A DNA stretch of 64,000 nucleotides from Malacoraja senta (Eukaryota): assembly GCA_038087875.1 (NCBI GenBank), contig CM075994.1:6448001-6512000 (forward strand), written 5' to 3'. Below the pieces are notes generated by a model. It did no database searches. It worked only from the letters and a program-made list of their open reading frames with translations, and was not told where the DNA came from. Below are positions 1 to 11,100 of the stretch, one piece after another. Every line of letters begins with the position of its first letter. Positions within the stretch are counted from its first letter, which is position 1. Made by a program: the position numbers and the translations under genes.

Positions 1-32
1 TGTGGTTGTAATGTAATGTACTTCTAATAAAT

Positions 33-64
<32 letters not shown>

Positions 65-1010
65 GAAACATGACCTCTTTCAATAAAGTTCATGAAGTTA
101 TTAAATTTAAGGGCAGAGCAGTGGTGCAGCTGGTAGAGCCGCTGCCTCGCAGCATCAGAGAACGGAGTTCGATTCTGACCTCTGGTACTCTCTGTGTGCA
201 GTTTGCATGTTGTTGGGTAGTTTTCCTCCGGGTGCTCCGGTTTCCACCCTTGTAGGTTAATTGGCCCTCAGTAAATTGTCCCTAGTGTATACGGGATGGG
301 TGAGATAACCGGATAACATAGAACTGGCGTTTGAAGGCACTGGGCCTGTACTCGATGGAGTTTAGAAGGATGAGGGGGGACCTCATTGAAACTTACCGAA
401 CAGTGAAAGGCCTGGATAGAGTGGATGCGGAGAGGATGTTCTCTTTAGAAAAGGGATGAGAAGGAATTTATTTAGTCTGAAGGTGGTGGAACTCATTGCC
501 ACAGATGGCTGTGGAGGCCAAGTCAATGGATATTTTTAAGGCGGAGATTGACTGATTCTTGATTAATGAGTGTGTCAGGGGTTATGGGAAGAAGGGAGGA
601 GAATATTGTTGAGAGGGAAAGACAGATCAGCCATGATTGAATGGCGGAGTAGACTTGATTCAGCCTTATTCTGCTTCTAGAACTTATGGATTTATGGACT
701 AGTGAGAACGGATGATCGATGGTCGACGTGGTCGACGTGGTTACGGTGGGCCGAAGGACATGTTTCCGTGCTGTATCTGTAAATTAAACCAAACAAAAAC
801 ATTGACCCAGTTTCTGTCTCTACTGCGACGTTTGTGGTTATGTCCATTATTAAAACCATTTGCTGATCCCCAAGTTCTGACTTCGAGCATTTACTTTCGC
901 CTCTGCATCATTGAACTATTAACTTGATCGGCACCATTCCCGGATTCCTATTAGCCTATTAAACACTACAACAACGTCCAAATAAACCCTGAACTACACA
1001 GACTATTGAG

Positions 1011-1315
1011 GGCGGCATGATAGTGCAACGGTATAGTTGCTGCCTTACAGCGCTAGAGGCCCGCGTTCGATCCTGACTGCGGGTGCTGTTTGTACGGAGT
1101 TTGTAAGTTCTCCCTATGACCTGCGTGGGTTTTCCCGGGTGCTCCGGTTCCCTCCCACATTCCAAAGAGATACAGATTTGTAGGTTAATTAGCTTAGGTA
1201 AAATTGTAAATTATCCCTCATGTGTGTATGATAGTGTTAGTGTGTGGGATAACTGGTCGGTGCGGACTAGATTAGCCGAAGGTCCTGTTTCCGCGCTGTA
1301 TTTCTAAACTACACT
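1011..1315 (+). mobile_element. HE1-like tRNA-derived SINE (also at 25668-25972)
   Basis: A-box/B-box-like head (ggttcgatcc-type), conserved body tttgtacgttctcccc...taggttaattgg, tail gtttccgcgctgtat-ctaaa. Confidence 0.8.
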
Positions 1316-1464
1316 ATACTATTATTGTTATTATTGCATTATTATTGTTTGTTTATATGTACATATATGCGTATTATGTGCGTATGTGCGCGTATATATA
1401 TATATTCAATATTTGCGCACTTATATTCATAAGCGCACATTTTATATATATATATGTGCGTGCA

Positions 1465-1495
<31 letters not shown>

Positions 1496-1499
1496 AGAA

Positions 1500-1660
1500 A
1501 ATAGACACAAAATGCTGGAGTAACTCAGCGGAACAGGCAGAATCTCTGGACAGAAGGAATGGGTAACGTTTCGGGTCGAGACCCTTCTTCAGACTGTCCA
1601 GCTGAGTTACTTCAGCATTTCGTGTCTATATTCAGTGTAAACCAGCATCTGCAGTTCCTT
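1500..1660. mobile_element. Penelope-like-derived short repeat, inverted pair, with hammerhead-like core
   Basis: gacacaaaatgctggagtaactcagcgg...cgtttcgggtcgagacccttcttcagac followed by its inverse. The family recurs many times in the window. Confidence 0.6.
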
Positions 1661-1933
1661 AATTTTCTTATATATACACATATAAACACACACACATACA
1701 CACACGCATATATTTTAATATATATATACACATATACGCACACATACGCACATAATACGTATGTGTACATAAAAACAAACAATAACAATGCAATAACAAT
1801 AATAGTATATGTATATATCTGTGTGTGCGTTTATTATATTGTTTACAGTGTACTATATTTACATATTTTGTTGTGCTGCTGCATGTAAGAATTTCATTTT
1901 TCTATCTGGGTCATTTGATAATAAAACATTCTT

Positions 1934-3896
1934 TTTTGTAATAAAAAATTTTATTGGAGGTAAATACATATCATATTAAAATCGTTACCAGTCTTTCATT
2001 TCTAAATTAATAATATTGTCAAACATTATTCACATTGTCTCCAATGATTTTTTTTTAAAGTAGAAATAAAAAGATAGATGAAAGAAAGAGAGAAAAGAGA
2101 GAAAATAAAATTTAAAAAAAAAAGAAAGAAAGAGATAATAAAGAAGAATGGAATAACTTACTAAAAAAAACTTCATTCGAGATATATTCGTACATTTCAG
2201 AGTATAACATTTCATCTATTCCTTGGCTCGAGTGCTAGTCAGGTTCCCGTGCTGAACCATTCTGACCCTTTAGATAATCAATAAATGGAGACCATGTTCC
2301 AACAAATAATTCTTGTTGGTCCAAGTCTAATTCTTTCCAAGTGTAAGGTCTCCGTCATTTCTATACTCCACATTTTAATTGTGGGGGTTATAGGACCTTT
2401 CCAAAATGTTAGAATTAATTTTTTCCCAGTTATTATACTATAATCAATAAAGTTTCTTTGAGTTGTTGTAAATGTTTGATTTGGTTCTAATATTCCTAGT
2501 ATTATTAATCTTGGACCGGGTCCAATTGAGTGCTGGTAACTATAGATATCATTTTAAAAATATTTGCCCAGAATTTTTTAATTTTTATACAATTCGCAAA
2601 CGTATGAGTTAAGTTAGCATCTAAATGTTGACATTTATCACATATAGGGGAAAATGTGGGAAGATTTTATTTAATTTTGTTTTAGAATAATGTAACCTAT
2701 GTAGTACTTTGAATTGTATTAGAGAGTGTCTGGCATTTAATGAACATTGATGTATGTGTTGTAAACTTTCTTCCCAAGTATCTTTCGTTATTATTTGATT
2801 TAGTTCTTTTTCCCATGTTTGTCTGTGTAAATCCGTCGATGGAATCTCGCTATCTAATAAAATATTATATATGTAAGATATTAATTTTTCTGTATTAGGG
2901 TGTTTATTCCAACAGTCATCAAGAATTTCTGAATTTCTAATTCTAAAGTTTTGAGTACTTGCTTTTACATAATCTCTAAGTTGAAGATATCTGAAAAAAT
3001 CATTTACTTGAAGTCCATAAGTCTGTTGCAGCTCCTGAAATGAAAGAAAAGTGCCTTCTTTGTAAAGTTGTCCCATCATTTTAATTCCATAATTTTTCCA
3101 TTGTGTGAAACCTTTATCCAACCATGAGGGGTTAAATAAAGGGTTATTCACAATTGGAAGAAAAAGTGATAAATTATCTAATTTTAATGTCTTTTTTAAT
3201 TGTTTCCAAATTCGCATAGCACTATATATTATAGGATTTTCCCTATACATTTTTTTGTTTAATTTAGAAGTAGCAAATAGTATCGTGCCGATTTCAAAAG
3301 GTAAACAATCTTCCTATTCAATTTTTAACCAATCTGGTTGTTGATCTATTTCTTCCAACCAAAAATTCATATTTTTAATGTTAACTGCCCAAAAATAAAA
3401 CAAAAAGTTTGGTAGAACTAAACCTCCATTTATTTTTGATTTGCACAGATGTTTTTTGCTTATCCTATGATTCTTATAATCCCAGATAAAGTCACTGATA
3501 ACGGAATAAAACTTTTTGAAAATGTTTTTTGACAAGTATATCGGAATTGTTTGAAAAAGGTATAATATTTGTGGTAAGAAAATCATTTTTATGGCATTAA
3601 TTTTACCAACCATTGAGATAGGAAGTGTTTTCCAGTACTGAATATTCTTATGTAGTTTATTCAGTAATGAGGGGAAATTTGATTTAAATAATGATGTATA
3701 TGTCTTAGTGACATAAATTCCTAGGTATTTAAATTTTTCATTTACTATTTTAAACGGGAATTGTTGTAGTATATGTTTATTATGTTCCCTTATTGGCATA
3801 ATTTCACTTTTATTCCAATTTATTCTGTATCCAGAGAGTGAACCAAATTGGGTTATTAGCTTTAATAAATTTGTAATACTAATTTCTGGTTTTGTA
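1934..3896 (-). mobile_element. L1-clade LINE 3' portion (copy of the 26591 element, cut by the gap)
   Basis: ORF2 C-terminal fragments 2621-3250 and 3314-3896. 3' tail adjacent to AAAACATTCTT at 1923-1933. Confidence 0.9.
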
Positions 3897-4096
3897 NNNN
3901 NNNNNNNNNNNNNNNNNNNNNNNNNNNNNNNNNNNNNNNNNNNNNNNNNNNNNNNNNNNNNNNNNNNNNNNNNNNNNNNNNNNNNNNNNNNNNNNNNNNN
4001 NNNNNNNNNNNNNNNNNNNNNNNNNNNNNNNNNNNNNNNNNNNNNNNNNNNNNNNNNNNNNNNNNNNNNNNNNNNNNNNNNNNNNNNNNNNNNNNN
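3897..4096. other. Assembly gap (200 N)
   Basis: Run of N. Confidence 1.
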
Positions 4097-4352
4097 GAGA
4101 TGGACAGATAGATCGGCCAAGATTGAAAGGCGGAGTAGACTGGACGGGCTGAACAGTTTAATTCTGCTCCTATGACTTATGGACATGAACTACCTTTTCT
4201 CTGCACTCTGCGGTTCTTGTCCAGCATTTCTTTGCCTCCACAAATGCTGCTCGAACTGCTGAGATCCTCTAACAGGTTATTGTTTTCTTGCTACAGATTG
4301 CAGTATCTGCAGTCTCTTGTATCTCAATAACAACCTGCTCTTCAGAGAAGAC

Positions 4353-4422
4353 ATGTACAGGAGAATTCCTGGGATTCACTCCCTCATCGGGATACTTTGG
4401 CTGCTGTTGAGCGACTCTGGAG
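4353..4422 (+). CDS. Gene A exon 1, signal peptide [23 protein letters not shown]
   Basis: ATG, hydrophobic core, phase-1 donor G|GTGAGT. A 70-nt exon conserved at 33478 and 48952. Confidence 0.8.
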
Positions 4423-4883
4423 GTGAGTCCATGCCTTGAGCTCGGGGTGCGGGTGGCGGTAGGGTGGACGAAGGTGTGTTATAGAGAACAGTACAGCACA
4501 TGAACAGGCCATTTAGCCCACAACATCCATGCCGAACATGATGCCAAGTTAAAGTAAACTCCTCTGCCCGCACATAATCCATATCTATGCATTCCCTGTA
4601 TATCAATGTGCCTTTCCAAAAGCCACATAAACCCCCGCTATCGTATCTTCCGTCCACCGCCACTTCCAGCAGCGCATTCCAGACACCCACCACTCTTGGT
4701 GTAAACAAAAACTTGTGGTGCCCCAGTCCCCTCCCACATCCCGAAGACGTGCAGGTTTGTAGTTTAATTGCCCGCAGTGGCGTCTGGAGTGGGTGCGAAA
4801 GTGGAATAATATAGAAGTTGTGTGATCGGGTGATCCATGGTTGACATGAGCTCTGAGTAATGAGTACCCTTTTTCCATGCTCG

Positions 4884-4935
<52 letters not shown>

Positions 4936-5014
4936 GGTCTGTCTGTCTGGTCTGCCTGGTCTGTCTGGTCTGTCTGTCTGTCCTGTCTGTCTGTCCTGTC
5001 TGTCTGTCCTGTCC

Positions 5015-5109
<95 letters not shown>

Positions 5110-8100
5110 ATTTATCCATCCACCTACCCAGGGACTATAAATGCCTGTGAGTGTACCAGGACAGTAAACTGGACTGGTCCAGGAACACTAAGGCCTTGCA
5201 TAAGAAGGGGGAGAACCGTCTGCTCCGCAACTTCAACGTCCGTAGTGAGATGCAGCAAATGTTCTACCAACCGGTGGTAGCCAGTGCCATCTTCGTTGCT
5301 GCTGTGTGCTGTGGCAGCGGGGCGAAGGCTGCGGACTGCAACAGGATCAACAAACTCATCAGGAAGGCTGGCCCCATTCTGGGGGTGGAGTTGGATTCAT
5401 GGGAGGTGGTCTTGGAGGGGATGATGCTTCGCAAACTGCGGAGCATCCTGGACAATACAGCTCACCCACCCATGACACACTGGTCAACCTGAGTAGTACC
5501 TTCAGTAACAGACTGCTTCCACCAAGATGCAGGACAGAACGCCACAGGAGACCCTTCTTCCCTGTGGCTATCGAACTTTACAACTCCTCCCCCCTCTAAT
5601 GGGGTAGACTGAGACTGAGACTGACCCACCCCCCATCCTCATTCTGTGCACATTCCCAAAGCCATACCACTCTCACTTTATTTTCATGTTTCATGTTTCA
5701 TGTTTTTTTTTATGACTGTTGGCAAATTAATTTCCTTCCTGCGTAAATAAAGTTCTAGTGTATCGGATCGGATCTATCGAAACGCGTTACAATGTACCTC
5801 TGTACATGTGACAATAAACTAAACTAAACTATCTATCTTCTAATCTATCTAAATAATCTATCTATACAATCTATCAATATATCTAATCTATCTAATATAT
5901 CAATCTAATCTATCTAGTTTATCTATCTATTTAATTTATCAATCTAATCTATCCATCCAGACTGGGTTCAATAACAACCTCCAGAAATGTCTGTGTGGAA
6001 TTTACAAATTCTCCCTCTGACTGACCCTTGCAAACTTCAAATTGAATATGTGACGTGATGCCATATTCTGAATATGTGAATAAGTAAGTAAGTAACTAAG
6101 CAAGTAAGTACGTTTATTGGCCATGTATTCACATACAAGGAATTTGCCTTGGTGCCCCGCCCACAAATAACAACATGACATACAGTGACAGTTACGAATG
6201 ACTCAGAAAACACTAAATATTAATAATAATAAGAGATTAATGATAAAACACCATTGATCAAGCATGTGAACCAACAAAATACCAGATCAAAGGGAGGCTA
6301 CATTTTTTGACTGTTGAGTAGAGCAACTACTCGTGGATAAATACTGTTTTTATGTCTGGCTGTGGCAGCTTTGACAATCTGGAGTCGCCTTCCAGAGGGA
6401 AGTGATTCAAAGACTTTGTGGCCAGGGTGAGAGGGGTCAGAGATGATCTTGCCCGCTCGCTTCCTGGCCCTTGCAGTGCACAGTTCATCAATGGAGGGAA
6501 GGTTGCAGCCAATAACCTTCTCTGCTGATCGGACGATTCGCTGCAGCCTCCAGGTGTCGTGCTTGGTGGCTGAGCCAAACCAGACCATGATGGAGAAGAT
6601 GAGAACAGACTCTACGATGGCCATGTAGAATTGGACCATCATTGCCTGTGGCAGATTGTGCTTCCTCAGCTGCCGTAGGAAGTACATCCTCTGGTGTGCC
6701 TTTTTGACTGTGGAGTCGATAGTGCTGCTGGCAGAATATGCCATATTCTGAATATGTGGAAGGAAAACGGCGCACCCGGAGAAAACCCACGCGGTCACGG
6801 GGCGAACGCAGAAAATCCGTACAGACAGCAGCCGTTGTCAGGATCAAACCCGGGTCTCTGTCGCTGCAAGGCAACAAGTCTACCGCTGCTGTTTTAAATA
6901 CTGTGGGGGTTTTTTGTTAATCTGCTTTTCTTGAAACAGAACATGTGTCATTAACGGTGATAAATATCAGTGAGACCTTCACTGTAGAGGTGTGTAACGT
7001 TAGCTTGGTATGTTCACTGAAGCACGGCACCGAGCCAATATATCCAATCTATCTAATATATCAATCTATCTAATGTATCTAGTTTATCTACCTATTTAAT
7101 TTATCAATCTAATCTATCCATCTAGACTGGGTTCAATCACAACCTCCAGAAATGTATGTGTGGAGTTTGCATATCTCCCTGTGACTTACCCTTGCTAACT
7201 CCAAATTGAAGATGTGAGATGCTGCCATGGGTAGACCTGCTGCCCTTGCCATTAGGGTTGGGGCAACTCACTGCTGTGCTGGGAAACTATGAACACCAAC
7301 ACACCAGAGCTTATGGCACTAATACCTTGTCCTTCTGTTTCAAGTCTGGGACAGACTGCTGGGAAACCAGGCACTCGTCGCTTGGTGAATGGGACACTGG
7401 GACATGTCAGTCACATTACCAGGATGTATCTCAGGAGAAAACATTTCAATCCTCACTTGGGATTACCAAAGTTCACCAACAACAGGAAATATCCCATTAT
7501 GTACGAAAACTCAAAACAGTCCAACAAAATATGGCAAACAGCGAATCAGATTAAACTTAAAAGACTAGTCTGCAAATACAGAACCTACAGCCCTGTCCCA
7601 CGGTGCGAGTTCGTTCCAAGAGCTCTCCCGAGTTTTGAAAAAATCAACCTCGTGGTAAGCACGGAGAATGAACATAGCGGGTACGTCGAAGCTCGGGGAC
7701 GTCACTTAGCGCTAACGGCGGGTAAGCATGGGAAGACTCGTGAAGATTTTTCAACATGATGAGAAATGTCCACGAGAGCCCCGAGTACCGACGAGTGGCC
7801 ATTATCGTAAATCTCCGAGTTCGAATCAGGGCATACTCGGGAGAACTCTTGGAATGAACTCGGACCGTGGGACAGGGGACAGTTTGCTTTTCATTGAAAC
7901 AGAACGTGTATTATTACCGGTGATAACTATCTGTGAAACCTTCACTGAAGAGGTGTGTAACGTTAGCTTGGTATGTTCACTGGAGCACGGTACCGAGCCA
8001 GTCTACACTTGGTGGTCAGGAGACGCAAGGTCACGGCAGATGGATCGCACATACTGATTGACGAAGGGAGAATGCTGGCAATATCCATAGCTCTACCGAA

Positions 8101-11100
8101 CAACAACAGCGTGTACAACTGCACCGTGGGGAACCCTGTTAGTGAGGAACCCTGTTAGTGATGAGACGCTGAGCGTGGATCTCACAGAGCTCTGACCTGC
8201 CCATGAAGGTTTGGGGCTTTATCTTTTCACACTAAGCACACTTCTCAAATAAAATAAGGGCTATTTATTATGTACCTAAACAAATCCAAAATCCTTCCGA
8301 TGGAAGAAATCAGGTAATAAATTTAGTTTAAACAGGCACAAAATGCTGCCAGTGGGATTCTATGCCATAGAAGGCAGTGGAGTCTAATTCAATGGATGTA
8401 TTCAAGAGAGAGAGTTAGATAAAGCTCTTGGGGTTAACGGAATCAAGAGATATGAAGTAAAAGCAGGAACAGGGTACCGATTGTGGATAATCAGCCACGG
8501 TCATATTGTATGGCTCGAAGGGCTGAATGGCCTATTCCTGCACGTACTTTCTATGTTTCTAAGATTATTCATTCAGAGCCTCATCTGTATGGGTGGTGGA
8601 ATACTCATGTGCCTGCTGCCCTTGTCCATTAGGGTTGGGACAACTCACTGCTGTGCTGGGAAACTATGGACAACAACACACCAGAGCTGATGGCACTAAT
8701 ATCTTGTCCTTGTGTTTCAGGTCTGGGACAGACTGCTGGGAAACCAGGCACTCGTCGCTTGGTGAATGGGACACTGGGACAGTCAGTCACGTTACCAGGA
8801 TGTATCTCAGGAGAAAACATTTCAATTCTCACTTGGGATTACCGCAATTCACCAACAACAGGAAAGGTTAAATTATGTATGAAAACTGAAAACAAGCCAA
8901 TACAATGTAACAAACAGGGAATTAGGTTAAACCTGAAGGACTGTAGTCTGCAAATACAGAACCTAACAGAACATGATCAAGGTCTATATGAAATGAACTT
9001 ATGGACGACTTTGGCTGTCCATCTACAAGTGACAGAACTGACGATTTATGGTAATCTATTTCAATTTTTTAAACGATACATTTTCCAATCTAACAATCTT
9101 TAAGAACTTAAAGATGTAAGGGGAGATGCTTTCGATGTGAGTCCATGTCTGTGGGTTATACGGGCAGGGTGAATACTGAAACATTGCGTGGGTTGGAGTC
9201 CTTGCTTATTTAGGAACCCATCCTCAGTATTTGCCGTTTGAACATTAATGGCAGTGTATTAGGATGGGTTCTTGAAGGGAGGTCTCTCCAAGCCATCTGA
9301 CTTCTCTGTACTATGGTAGGTCCACAGACATTAAACTTTCTCTGCTAATAACGAGTTTACTTGTGATCCAGTTTTGGTGGCAAAGTGTAACCTGGACGAT
9401 TCGTTTTTGTAAACTCACGGGAAGGATTTTGAACTAAAACTACGGGTGCTTGTCTGTACACAGTTTGTGAATTGTCTGTAGTGTGTGTAGGATAGTGCTA
9501 ATGTGCGGGGATCGCTGGTGGGCGCGGACTGGGTGGGGCGAGGGCTTGTTTACGCTGTATCTCTTAATGTTCTCGTGGGAAACTCATGGCGAGCAGCTTC
9601 TGGTTGTTATTATTCCATCGCTTGTATTTGTGCTTTTCTTTGAAACAGAACGAGTGTCATTACCAGTAATAAATATCAGTGAAGCCTTCAATGACGGGGT
9701 GTGTAACGTTAGCTTGCTATGTTCATTGGAGCACGGCACCGAGCCAGTCTACACTTGGTGGTCAGGAGATGGCAAGGTCACGGCAGATGGGTCCCACATA
9801 CTGACTAACGAAGGGAGAAGGCTGGCACTATCCATAGCTCTACCCAACAACAACAGCGTGTATAACTGCACCGTGGGGAACCCTGTCAGTGAGGAGACGC
9901 GGAGCGTGGATCTCACAGAGCTCTGTCCTGCCCATGAAGGTCTGTGGCTTTATCTTTTCACACTAAGCACACTTCTCAAATAAAATAAGGGCTATTTATT
10001 TCGTTCCTATCCAAATCGGAGGGAAAGGCAGCATCTCTGGAGAGAAGGAATGCTTGACGTTTTGGGTCGAGAAGAAGGGCCTCGACCCAAAACATCGCCC
10101 ATTCATTTTGTCCAGAGAAACTTTCGGTTTGAACCAGCATCTGCAGTTCCTTCCTATACAATAGCTTTAGTTTAGTTTAGGTTAGAGATACAGCATGCAA
10201 ACAGCCTTCGGCCCACCGAGTCCGCGCCGACCATCGATCACCCGTACACTAATTCTATCCTACACGTTAGGGACAATTTACAGAAGCCAATTAACCTACA
10301 AACCTGCACGTCTTGGGGATGTGGGAGGAAACCGGAGCACCCGGACAAAACGCACGCGGTCTCAGGGAGAACGTACAAACTCCGTACAGACAGCATAGGT
10401 AGTCAAGATCGACCAGGGTCTCTGGCGTTGGGAGGTAGCAATACCACCGCTGAGTTACTCCAGCATTGTGTGTCTATCTTCGGTGTAAATCGGCATCTGC
10501 AGTTCCTTCCTACGCCAAACGAAAAATAAGCTGTGAGCAAAAAACCCAGACATGAATGCAGAAATACAGAATCAGTAAACAATTCCATGGTAGTGCAAGT
10601 GATGGTCCCTAGTCTTCCATTGGCGAGGTTGGACTTGAATTATGCAAGTTGGTTCAAGACCCTGATGGTTGCATGAAAGTACATTTAACTAGAGAACGAC
10701 TGCAGATGTTGGAACCTTGAGCAAAAGTCAGTGCTGAAGAAACTCAGCGGGTCAGGCAGCTTCTGTAGAGGGAATGATCTAAAGAATGATATATTTCATT
10801 CCTGAGATACAGCCAGACCCATCGATTTCCTCCGGTGCGTTGTTTTTTTACCTTTAACCATAGCTGCTTCTCCCTAACTTTGCCTTACAGCGTTTACAGC
10901 GCTTGAAGCGCCAGAAACCCAGGTTCGATCCCGACTACAGGTGCTGTCTGTACGGAGTTTGTACGTTCTCTCCGTGACCGCGTGGGATTTCTCCGAGATA
11001 TTCGGTTTCTTCCCACACTCCAAAGACATACAAGCTTGTAGGTTAATTGGCTTCTGTATACGTGTGATTTGTCCCTCGTGTGTGTAGGATAGTGTACGTG

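Larger units (their letters stand above)
1..3896. repeat. Near-identical duplicate of 24655-28553
   Basis: Constant offset of about 24657, nearly identical ORF sets and only scattered substitutions. Ends at an N gap. Confidence 0.95.

Noticed and set aside
1345-1888. Tyr/Ile/His-rich ORFs (also 26002-26545 and 42158-42591)
   Set aside because: TA/CA low-complexity sequence.
3314-4186. ORFs running through N gaps (also 17213-17877)
   Set aside because: Artefacts of translating N.
4860-5150. Cys/Ser/Val/Leu-rich ORFs
   Set aside because: Translations of the (TGTC)n microsatellite.
8721-9939. CEACAM or HEPACAM identity for the Ig exons
   Set aside because: The four-Cys C2 with terminal LC and the V-C2-TM layout fit CD2/SLAM better. 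No gene symbol is assigned without a phylogeny.
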